Source: a virus (lineage: Duplodnaviria > Caudoviricetes). Taken from it: DNA of 45,300 nt. Position 1 is the stretch's first letter. Each line of letters starts with the position of its first letter. The position numbers were made by a program, and so were the translations under genes. Below the pieces are notes generated by a model, which had not been told where the DNA came from, did no database searches, and saw nothing but the letters and a program-made list of their open reading frames with translations. Of the stretch, positions 26,540-34,007 are shown in pieces. The DNA is taken from IMG/VR virus record IMGVR_UViG_3300030207_002883, positions 1-45,300 of that record; one strand, 5' to 3'.

Positions 26540-26947
26540 TTATTTCTGAGAACAATCTACACAGAGTTCCTCTGCGTTTATACACATTTCTATATTTACT
26601 CCACACTTGCTGCACTTACGTTCACTGTTGTAAATGCCTGTTGAAGCTAACTTAACTTTCATATCAGCAAAGGCTTCAGGATAAATGTACTCCATGATAA
26701 ACCTACTAGCCTGCTGTAAGCTCCTCATGAGGCGTGCTGTCCTGTTGTAGTCTGACCAGTAGTTTTCTACTATCTCTGGAGACACAGCCTCTGGATCGTA
26801 CAATGACAGCTCTTCTTCCACCGCCAAAGACCCTTCATCAATTTCCTCAAACAGTAATGACAGTTGCTCTATCTTACTGAGTTCCCTCTTCCAGAGAAGA
26901 ACCTGTTCCATCATTTCTGACATTTGCTTATCGTTATAACTAGCCAT
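26540..26947 (-). CDS. hypothetical protein with C-terminal Zn finger
   Basis: CSKC...CVDC; AGGAG RBS. Confidence 0.7.
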   Translation of the reverse strand: MASYNDKQMSEMMEQVLLWKRELSKIEQLSLLFEEIDEGSLAVEEELSLYDPEAVSPEIVENYWSDYNRTARLMRSLQQASRFIMEYIYPEAFADMKVKLASTGIYNSERKCSKCGVNIEMCINAEELCVDCSQK

Positions 26948-27194
26948 TGGTTAGCTCCTTTTCTTCTGTGACAACTTTTAACTTTGTTTCCACCCAGCAC
27001 TCTGCTCCGCAGGTAAGTGGTTTATCTGGGCTGTAGATGACCGTGGCTACGACTTCTCCATTTTCATCTACGATATGTGCAGTGCTTGTATATCTATTCT
27101 CTTTATAATCTTTAACCGTAATGCATGGTTCAGATTTATTGTTCTTACGGTTGTATTTAATAATGTGCTGATTGATATGTATTTTTGTCTTCAC
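26940..27194 (-). CDS. conserved-looking phage hypothetical protein
   Basis: IHINQHIIK.N.K....P.ITVK...YSPDKPLTCGAECWVET; GTG start. Confidence 0.75.
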   Translation of the reverse strand: MKTKIHINQHIIKYNRKNNKSEPCITVKDYKENRYTSTAHIVDENGEVVATVIYSPDKPLTCGAECWVETKLKVVTEEKELTNG

Positions 27195-27219
27195 TTTTAG
27201 GTTCCTTTGAAATAAAGAA

Positions 27220-27421
27220 CTGGCTTATCCGACTTACATAAGACACGATCTTACTCGGTTACGGTTTTGGACTACACCGGACTTGTAGCCTCGCCAGCCC
27301 TCGTTGGAGGACACTAGTGTCGGAAAGGGTAAGTGACACTAGGTCAATGAAACGCTGCGGTTACAAAGCCACTCACAGCTTGGCCCTCCCTGCTGATATA
27401 CAATCAGCTAATTGTCGGGAG
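27220..27421 (-). ncRNA. candidate structured RNA element
   Basis: Six or more stems plus a pseudoknot candidate fill a 235-nt intergenic gap. Confidence 0.45.
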
Positions 27422-27429
27422 CAACAAGT

Positions 27430-27627
27430 TTACCATTTAGACTTTTTCATTCCCCGTCGAGCTTCTTCAGCTTCTTTCTTGGTGTTATATGGGCCATAGT
27501 ACTCAACTGACTCATCCTTGAAAGTGACCTTCACTTCCCACTTCCCTACCTCCATTTCTGGATCGAGGAAGTGGTACTCTTTTGCTAGGGATTGGGTTAC
27601 TTTTACAGTTTCTGTTTGTGTATTCAT
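27430..27627 (-). CDS. hypothetical protein
   Basis: 65 aa with YGPYNTKKEAE motif; directly downstream of the helicase gene. Confidence 0.7.
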   Translation of the reverse strand: MNTQTETVKVTQSLAKEYHFLDPEMEVGKWEVKVTFKDESVEYYGPYNTKKEAEEARRGMKKSKW

Positions 27628-27628
27628 T

Positions 27629-29185
27629 TTACTTCCTCACAAAAACTAAAGTGTTTTTACTTCGAGTTAATGCTACATAACGAATATTATGTTCCTGCCC
27701 AATCTCCCACTCCAACTCTGCCATTGGGTGAGGCATCATATGCTCCTCCAGAATGTAGACTGTATCTGCTTCCAGACCTTTAGCACGATGCACAGAAGAC
27801 AGTACAATCTTGTTCTTACGTTGACCCTTGCTGGTATCATCAAAGAGTTTCTTAATACGATTGATAACGTCTCCGACGATGTCAGCCCCTTTGCAGAGCA
27901 ACTCAATACACTGCACCTTGTCTCCCAGCATTTCATAAGCAGTTTTGCTTACCCGAGTCTGAATAGCCTTAGCGTCTAATCGCTGAATTTCTTTAATGTG
28001 GTACTGGCTGAGTCGAGTTTGAAACTCAGGAATGCTCATTGAAATGTTTTTACCTGCTAACTTGTTGCAGAGAGTTGAAAGTGAGCTACCAATATCTTTG
28101 CCTTGAATCATACATGGGATGTCACGAGAGATACACTGGTAAGCGAATGCCATTAAAGGAGCATTCATACGACACAGAACTAGTGTTTCATTAGGATCAG
28201 CAAACTGTTCATCGTTATAGAGAGCCTCTATAGGCATATTTGTTACTGTACCTTCAATCGCATCATCCATTGGCTTGATGTCTTCAACGATCTCCTGAGC
28301 CAAAGCTACATGGCTTTTAGGGCATCGTCGAGTGATAGTCAAAGGAAGAGTCATTACGTCCTGATGCTCCACACGATTGCGAAGATTGATCATGCTGTAA
28401 GCATCTGCTCCAGCAAATCCGTAGATAGCCTGCTTTGGGTCACCTACAACAATCAGGCGACCATGGTCTTCCATCTCATGACGGACAGCATTTAGAGCTA
28501 GCTCTTGTCGTGACTTGTTTAAGTCCTGAGCTTCATCAACGAACAACATGTCGAAGGTATCGACAGAACAATTAGATAGTGTTGGCAACCAGATCATATC
28601 GTCAAAATCAATGATGCCATTTTCTAAAACATCATCTTCGCTGTGCTGAAGTACTTCTGGGAGCAGAGCCTTGATAGCTTCCTCAGCACCATTCAACTGA
28701 AGGTTGTAATGAGCAACCAAAGAATTGAACTGGCGAGTGTAATCCTCTTCCCAATCTAGCAAGGTATTCTTAGCAAGGCTTACCACTTTGCGAAGACCCA
28801 TTTGGAATGAAGCTCCTGCCCCCTTCCACTGTCGTTTGCCCATCAACTTTTCAGCGATGTTGGCGGTCTTCCAGTTATCGACTTTGACTTTACCGTAGCG
28901 TTCACGAACAGCCTTAAAGCCAAGACTGTGCATAGTGCAGGCGGTGACTCCAGCAGGAACCTTTTCCTGAAGTTCGGTAGCGATAGATTTGTTGTAAGCG
29001 ACCATTGCAATCTTAGCGTCTGGATGTTTATCCAAGTATCGCTTGCAACCTTCTATGCAACTGAAAGTCTTTCCAGTCCCTGCACGGGCTTCTAGAAAGA
29101 TGTGTGAATTCCCATCAACTAGTTCCTTCCAGAATGCTTCTTGTTCTGTGGAACCAACGATTGTTTCTGTTTCAAAAAGTGACAT
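27629..29185 (-). CDS. superfamily 1 (UvrD/Rep-like) helicase
   Basis: ARAGTGKT, TMHSLG, DFDDMI, VDEAQD, VGDPKQAIYGFAGA, SSVHRAKGLE, YVALTRSK. Confidence 0.95.
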   Translation of the reverse strand: MSLFETETIVGSTEQEAFWKELVDGNSHIFLEARAGTGKTFSCIEGCKRYLDKHPDAKIAMVAYNKSIATELQEKVPAGVTACTMHSLGFKAVRERYGKVKVDNWKTANIAEKLMGKRQWKGAGASFQMGLRKVVSLAKNTLLDWEEDYTRQFNSLVAHYNLQLNGAEEAIKALLPEVLQHSEDDVLENGIIDFDDMIWLPTLSNCSVDTFDMLFVDEAQDLNKSRQELALNAVRHEMEDHGRLIVVGDPKQAIYGFAGADAYSMINLRNRVEHQDVMTLPLTITRRCPKSHVALAQEIVEDIKPMDDAIEGTVTNMPIEALYNDEQFADPNETLVLCRMNAPLMAFAYQCISRDIPCMIQGKDIGSSLSTLCNKLAGKNISMSIPEFQTRLSQYHIKEIQRLDAKAIQTRVSKTAYEMLGDKVQCIELLCKGADIVGDVINRIKKLFDDTSKGQRKNKIVLSSVHRAKGLEADTVYILEEHMMPHPMAELEWEIGQEHNIRYVALTRSKNTLVFVRK

Positions 29186-29210
29186 GTTTCAAGTCTCCAA
29201 AAGTGATAAC

Positions 29211-29238
29211 TATGGGTAACAAAATTCAGAATTTAATT
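29211..29238 (+). promoter_or_regulatory. copy of dispersed 28-bp motif
   Basis: TATGGGTAACAAAATTCAGAATTTAATT. Confidence 0.6.
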
Positions 29239-29249
29239 CTGATATAACA

Positions 29250-29344
29250 TTTCTATCGTCATTTAATTTTTATTGCAATACCAGTAGTACTGTTTTTTGT
29301 CATATTTTTTTGCTGTTGACAACTCAGGGCTATGTTCTTAGGCT
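29250..29344. promoter_or_regulatory. divergent promoter region
   Basis: Leftward TTGCAA-17-TAGAAA (29278-29250) and rightward TTGACA(29316)-17-TAGGCT(29339) in the AT-rich gap between divergent operons. Confidence 0.55.
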
Positions 29345-29384
29345 TATACATATAACAAATTAACCTCCACTAAAGGATATTCGT

Positions 29385-29624
29385 ATGAATTCTGAAGACA
29401 GGAATGACGATAACGTACCAAAGGAAGCTGTACCTGCGCCTAAGCCAAAATCAAAACCAAAGGCAAAGAAGGCAGCCCCTAAGTCAGATGTCGTTAAGAA
29501 GATAGAAGCTGCTGGAGTAGACCCAGCATTATTGAAATCCGCAATTCTTAAATACGAGGATGGTCGTTTTGACGAAGCTCGAATTGACGAATGCATAGAA
29601 CAAGTAAAGAAAGAAAGTGAGTAG
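29385..29624 (+). CDS. hypothetical protein (P/K/A-rich N-terminus)
   Basis: First gene of the rightward block; AAGGA RBS. Confidence 0.7.
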   Translation: MNSEDRNDDNVPKEAVPAPKPKSKPKAKKAAPKSDVVKKIEAAGVDPALLKSAILKYEDGRFDEARIDECIEQVKKESE

Positions 29625-29626
29625 TC

Positions 29627-30112
29627 ATGCCCTCTTTAAGCAAAGAAAAAGCCCGTCAAAAATCTCTCTCCCAGAGGAAGGCTGATAAAGTTGATCCTTC
29701 CAATCTGGAGAAGATTCTTGATATCCAAAAGACTGAAGACCCTCCTCGAAAAGCATGGCATAGAACCCATGGAAAGAAGACAGGTTTGGGGATTATGGCT
29801 TTCTGGAAAACATTGTTTGAAGGTAATGAGATTTTACCTAAGTCCAAAAAGATGACGAATGCAGAAATTGAAAGACAAGTTCGTTTAGAGTTTCCTCACG
29901 AAAAAACACTTCTGGAGAATCTGGACACCGGTCGTCAATCTGTAAATTACTATCGTCATCTATACAACAAAGGACGTATGACCAAGGGTGATACGCCTGA
30001 ATATATTTCCTTTCGCTATGATGGTGATGGCAAAGTTGTTAACACCAGAACAGGCAACCGTCTGTTAAGCGAAGAGGAGATAGATGCCTACATCGAAAAA
30101 TATCAAGGATGA
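29627..30112 (+). CDS. hypothetical protein, possibly DNA-binding
   Basis: 161 aa, basic; MTNAEI...VNYYRHLYNKG helix pattern. Confidence 0.7.
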   Translation: MPSLSKEKARQKSLSQRKADKVDPSNLEKILDIQKTEDPPRKAWHRTHGKKTGLGIMAFWKTLFEGNEILPKSKKMTNAEIERQVRLEFPHEKTLLENLDTGRQSVNYYRHLYNKGRMTKGDTPEYISFRYDGDGKVVNTRTGNRLLSEEEIDAYIEKYQG

Positions 30113-30581
30113 TGTATTGGGAATTTCTAAACTCAAGAAATGGTACATGGGAATTGACGTTGGTGTTTCTGGTGGAGTAGCCTTCATCAGTGAAAACGGT
30201 GACGAGCAGTTTGCATGCAAGATGAAGGTTGGAGAGGAAGAACTCGTGCAGTACGTTTCTCACTTCCAGAAATCTGTAGTAGCTGCCAGACTTGAGTTTG
30301 TACGCAGTAGCCCTCAAATGGGAGTAGTGTCAGCGTTCACATTTGGACAAAGCAATGGCTTCCTGAGAGGGATGCTTGTGTCACTTGGCATTCCTTTTGA
30401 AACAGTTAGGCCCATCGTATGGATGGACTACCTTGATTGTCGTACTGGAGGTGATAAAAACATCACCAAGAGAAAAGCCCAAGAACTTTACCCCAAGCTC
30501 AAAGTAACTCACGCAGTAGCAGACGCAATTTTGATTGCAGAATACTGTCGACGAACGGAGCTGGAAAATGTTAAAGATTAG
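30084..30581 (+). CDS. RuvC-like Holliday junction resolvase
   Basis: GIDVGVSGGVA, LEFV, SAFTFG, P..W, DK and ADAILIA motifs. Confidence 0.85.
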   Translation: MPTSKNIKDDVLGISKLKKWYMGIDVGVSGGVAFISENGDEQFACKMKVGEEELVQYVSHFQKSVVAARLEFVRSSPQMGVVSAFTFGQSNGFLRGMLVSLGIPFETVRPIVWMDYLDCRTGGDKNITKRKAQELYPKLKVTHAVADAILIAEYCRRTELENVKD

Positions 30582-31131
30582 TGGAAGAGTTTACGAGATT
30601 GCGTGGAAGAATCATCGTTTACGTTGGGAACAATGTACCGATTGTCCTTTACACAAAACAACAGATAGAAGAGTTTTAGTGCGGGGAACTTTCCCTTCAG
30701 ATATACTCTTTATTGGAGAATCTCCTGAAGTAATAGATAGTGCGACTGGGCTTCCTTTCACTAGTCCTACAGGTAAATTATTAGACAAGCTCATAGAAGA
30801 CACGGGGATGGAGTTTTCTTATGCAGCAACTAACATCGTAGCTTGCTGTGCAAAAGGCGATGAGGGGGAGGTAAGACCCCCTACAAGCTATGAAGCAGAC
30901 AAATGCTCTGATAGGTTGTATCAAGTTTTGATGATGAGCAAGCCAAAAGCGGTAATATTATTGGGTCGAGGCTCACAGAGTTTAGCTGTTCCTGTGATGG
31001 AAAAGTATAAATATCCATTTACCCATCTCAATATGTCTTCGTTATCGCACATAATGAAGGCAGGGGGCAGAGAATCATCTGCCTACCAGAAAGATTTAAA
31101 AACATTAAAACAATTCCTGCAAAGGATTTAG
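30568..31131 (+). CDS. uracil-DNA glycosylase family 4-like protein
   Basis: CTDCPL Fe-S ligands, FIGESP, GLPFTSPTGKLLD, TNIVAC, RPPT..E...C; start at ATG 30568. Confidence 0.85.
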   Translation: MLKISGRVYEIAWKNHRLRWEQCTDCPLHKTTDRRVLVRGTFPSDILFIGESPEVIDSATGLPFTSPTGKLLDKLIEDTGMEFSYAATNIVACCAKGDEGEVRPPTSYEADKCSDRLYQVLMMSKPKAVILLGRGSQSLAVPVMEKYKYPFTHLNMSSLSHIMKAGGRESSAYQKDLKTLKQFLQRI

Positions 31132-31133
31132 AT

Positions 31134-31328
31134 ATGAAGAATAAAAAAGAATGGCAAATTGTATCAAACGATATGGATTGCTATTACGAATTAGTAAGCC
31201 CACTTAAAGTTATTGTAAGACGCTACCCGACCAAAGCCCAAGCAGAAGAAGGTCTGGAAGTTATCTTAGAAGCTGTACGAAGGAGTAGCAAAAATGAAGA
31301 GCAAGAACAGAAGATCGATCCCGTTTAG
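31134..31328 (+). CDS. hypothetical protein
   Basis: 64-aa ORF filling the operon gap. Confidence 0.6.
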   Translation: MKNKKEWQIVSNDMDCYYELVSPLKVIVRRYPTKAQAEEGLEVILEAVRRSSKNEEQEQKIDPV

Positions 31329-32256
31329 GGATATAGAAGCAGATGGAATCACTTATTCATTTCTGGACGAGTGGTTACTAGATAGAGAACAAGCCCGTTT
31401 ATCATACGTCGAGGGTTGGGCCTCAGAAGGAGGTTCAGACGCTCTTAACTTTGGGTTAGTGTTCCATGACTGTTTGGAATGGATCGCTGCGGGGAAGAGT
31501 GTACGCTCTATTCGAAGATGGATCATTAATCCATACCTCGACAAAAAGTCTCACAAGCTGCTTCCAGAGGACTATGACAATCTTGAAGTTCTCATGGAGA
31601 TCGTCAAAGTAGTCTTTACCGAATACGTTAAGTTCTGGGGAGATTACGATGCGGACTTTGACTACCTGTATCAGGAAGAGTCTTTTAAGGTAGAGCATGA
31701 AACCTCTTCAGGACATGTAGTACCTCTTCGAGGTCGATGGGATGCAGTCTATCGTGATACCACCACAGGTAAGATGTGGTTGATGGAGAACAAGACAAAA
31801 AGTCGAGTGGATCAAGAAGCTATTCTTGCATCCCTTCCATTTGATTTGCAGACCATGCTGTATGTACATGCTCTTCAAGAGCGAGAGCAGGAACCTGTAG
31901 CAGGAATACTATACAACGTCATCCGTAGGCCTCTTCTGCGACAGAGGAAAAATGAAAGTGTTGCAGAATATCTTTGGCGAGTTGAAGATGATGTTGTTAC
32001 CCGTCCTGAGCATTATTTCATGCGATGGAAGATTGACTTACTAGAAGATGATATTGTAAATTGGGTTTCCCGTAGCCTGAACCCAATCTTAGATCAGGTT
32101 GCTTTGTGGTGGAGGTCAATAAAAGACAACCCATTCGAACCATGGGATAGTCCACTACACTACAGCAACCCACAGGCTTTATTCACAAAGTATGGTAAGT
32201 CTCGTTACTTCAATCTGATTACCAGAGGAAGTACTGAAGGCCTTTACCAACGCTAA
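31294..32256 (+). CDS. PD-(D/E)XK exonuclease (RecB/Cas4-like)
   Basis: ALNFGLVFHDCLE, E, LRGRWD, ENKT and QTMLY motifs. Confidence 0.9.
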   Translation: MKSKNRRSIPFRDIEADGITYSFLDEWLLDREQARLSYVEGWASEGGSDALNFGLVFHDCLEWIAAGKSVRSIRRWIINPYLDKKSHKLLPEDYDNLEVLMEIVKVVFTEYVKFWGDYDADFDYLYQEESFKVEHETSSGHVVPLRGRWDAVYRDTTTGKMWLMENKTKSRVDQEAILASLPFDLQTMLYVHALQEREQEPVAGILYNVIRRPLLRQRKNESVAEYLWRVEDDVVTRPEHYFMRWKIDLLEDDIVNWVSRSLNPILDQVALWWRSIKDNPFEPWDSPLHYSNPQALFTKYGKSRYFNLITRGSTEGLYQR

Positions 32257-32273
32257 ACAAAAGGAGCAATACT

Positions 32274-33137
32274 ATGGCTAGGACAAAACGAGTTCCAGCA
32301 AAAAAGAAACCAGCTATCAAACTAGAGATTCCTAAAGAGGTAAACATACCGCCCGAGAACCTGAGCGACTACTGCATCTGTCTCTTTGGTGAAAAGGGCG
32401 TAGGGAAGACTTCATTGGCTGCTCAGTTTGATGACTCTCTGGTGATGATGTTAGAGCCAAAGAGACGTAACCTAAGCATTCGTCAGGTGAACATAGAACC
32501 AAGTTCTATCAAGCAACTAAACGAGGGCCACACAGACATGACTCCATGGCGATACTTGCAGGAGTATATTTATGCAGCCATGGATGATGAAACCGTAGGG
32601 ACGATTGTCATCGACACTGTGGATCGAGCATACGAAGCCTGCTTAGTACACCACTGCTACCAGAAAGGTTTGAATCATCCCTCTGACGCTAATGATTATG
32701 GGGCCACATGGGCTGCAATTAAGTCAGACTTTGAAGCTACCATGAATCAGCTTTTGTACAATGACATGGGTTTGATTTTTGTCAGCCATGCACATTTGCG
32801 AGAAGTGGAAGCTCACGATGGTATGGAGCAATGGATTCCAACCTGCGCTCCCGCTGCGTGGAAGTATCTAAAGGCTGTGTGTGACTTTGCACTCTATTAT
32901 GGTTATGATGGTACAGACCGAGCGATCACTCTACGCAACAATTCTCTTGTTTGGAGTGCCTGTGGTACGGAAAACAATTTCCTCCGACAGGACGGTACTC
33001 CCATTGGTCAATTCGCTACTGGAAAATCTCACTCAGAAGCGTACCAGAACCTGACCAAGGCTTTCAAAAATCAGTTGGAGAATGAAGAGATTCTGGAACC
33101 TGCTGTAAAGAAAGAACGTAAAAGTAGTCGAAAGTAA
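32274..33137 (+). CDS. Sak4-like (AAA_24) ssDNA annealing ATPase
   Basis: FGEKGVGKT, TIVIDT, IFVSH; lies between exonuclease and SSB genes. Confidence 0.85.
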   Translation: MARTKRVPAKKKPAIKLEIPKEVNIPPENLSDYCICLFGEKGVGKTSLAAQFDDSLVMMLEPKRRNLSIRQVNIEPSSIKQLNEGHTDMTPWRYLQEYIYAAMDDETVGTIVIDTVDRAYEACLVHHCYQKGLNHPSDANDYGATWAAIKSDFEATMNQLLYNDMGLIFVSHAHLREVEAHDGMEQWIPTCAPAAWKYLKAVCDFALYYGYDGTDRAITLRNNSLVWSACGTENNFLRQDGTPIGQFATGKSHSEAYQNLTKAFKNQLENEEILEPAVKKERKSSRK

Positions 33138-33148
33138 CTCTGGTGGTG

Positions 33149-33177
33149 TTGACACAATTACCACTAGTACTTCTAAT
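33149..33177 (+). promoter_or_regulatory. candidate promoter upstream of the SSB-like gene
   Basis: TTGACA(33149)-17 nt-TCTAAT(33172). Confidence 0.45.
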
Positions 33178-33220
33178 TACTATCCAACTAACAGTTTCAT
33201 TTTTATCTAGGAGCATGAAA

Positions 33221-33928
33221 ATGCCACGAACTAAACAATCCCAAGGATTCGCATCAGCGATGAAGAAAGCAGGAGATGCGTGGGAAACATCCCGAGAAGT
33301 TAAAGACACAGGAAATAGTTATGAGCAGCAACCAATCGACGATGGGACTTATGTTGCAGGTCTTACATCAGCTCGCACAGGGGTCGACAAAAACGGGAAC
33401 GGGTACGCCTCGTTCAACTTCAAGGTCTTACGGGGAGAATTTGAGGGCGTTAGCGTCTCAGTCTTCCACTCCATGGCAGAGACCGAATGGCGATCCATCG
33501 AGCAATCACTTAAGTCACTCTTCGTGGATTTACAGAGGCTATCTGGAGAAGATGACTTCTCAGAAATAGAGCCTGAAGACATTGAAGAGATGGTTACTGA
33601 ATTGAATGAGGAATGTCCTACTATTCAAATTGGTATCAAAAACTGGAAGTCAGATAAGTCTTCTGGTATTAACGTATACATCAACAAGCGACTTGATGAT
33701 GTAGCAACCACCACTGAAGAGACTATTCCCGAGGAAGGTGATGTGTTCCTCTGGAAGTCTCCCAAGTCAAAAACACAATCGCAATACGCTGTCCGTGGAG
33801 TAGACGAGGAAGAAGAGACTGTGACTCTTGTCCGTCTTAAGGATGCGAAAGCCTTTGAAGATGTGCCTTGGGAAGCTCTTGGTGAGCTGGTAGATGACGC
33901 AGATGTTGAGGACGATATTCCGTTCTAG
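33221..33928 (+). CDS. single-stranded DNA-binding protein (DUF669-like)
   Basis: PIDDGTY...FKVLRGEFEG pattern and acidic DDIPF C-terminal tail; start at ATG 33221 after AGGAG. Confidence 0.8.
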   Translation: MPRTKQSQGFASAMKKAGDAWETSREVKDTGNSYEQQPIDDGTYVAGLTSARTGVDKNGNGYASFNFKVLRGEFEGVSVSVFHSMAETEWRSIEQSLKSLFVDLQRLSGEDDFSEIEPEDIEEMVTELNEECPTIQIGIKNWKSDKSSGINVYINKRLDDVATTTEETIPEEGDVFLWKSPKSKTQSQYAVRGVDEEEETVTLVRLKDAKAFEDVPWEALGELVDDADVEDDIPF

Positions 33929-33951
33929 AACCGAACCGCTGTGTCAGTTGG

Positions 33952-33989
33952 GGGTGGAGAGTAACCTTGAATGCTCTCCACCCTTTTTT
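33952..33989 (+). terminator. intrinsic terminator between the SSB and polymerase genes
   Basis: GGGTGGAGAG/CTCTCCACCC stem followed by T6. Confidence 0.8.
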
Positions 33990-34007
33990 ATGAATAAGGA
34001 GCCAAAC

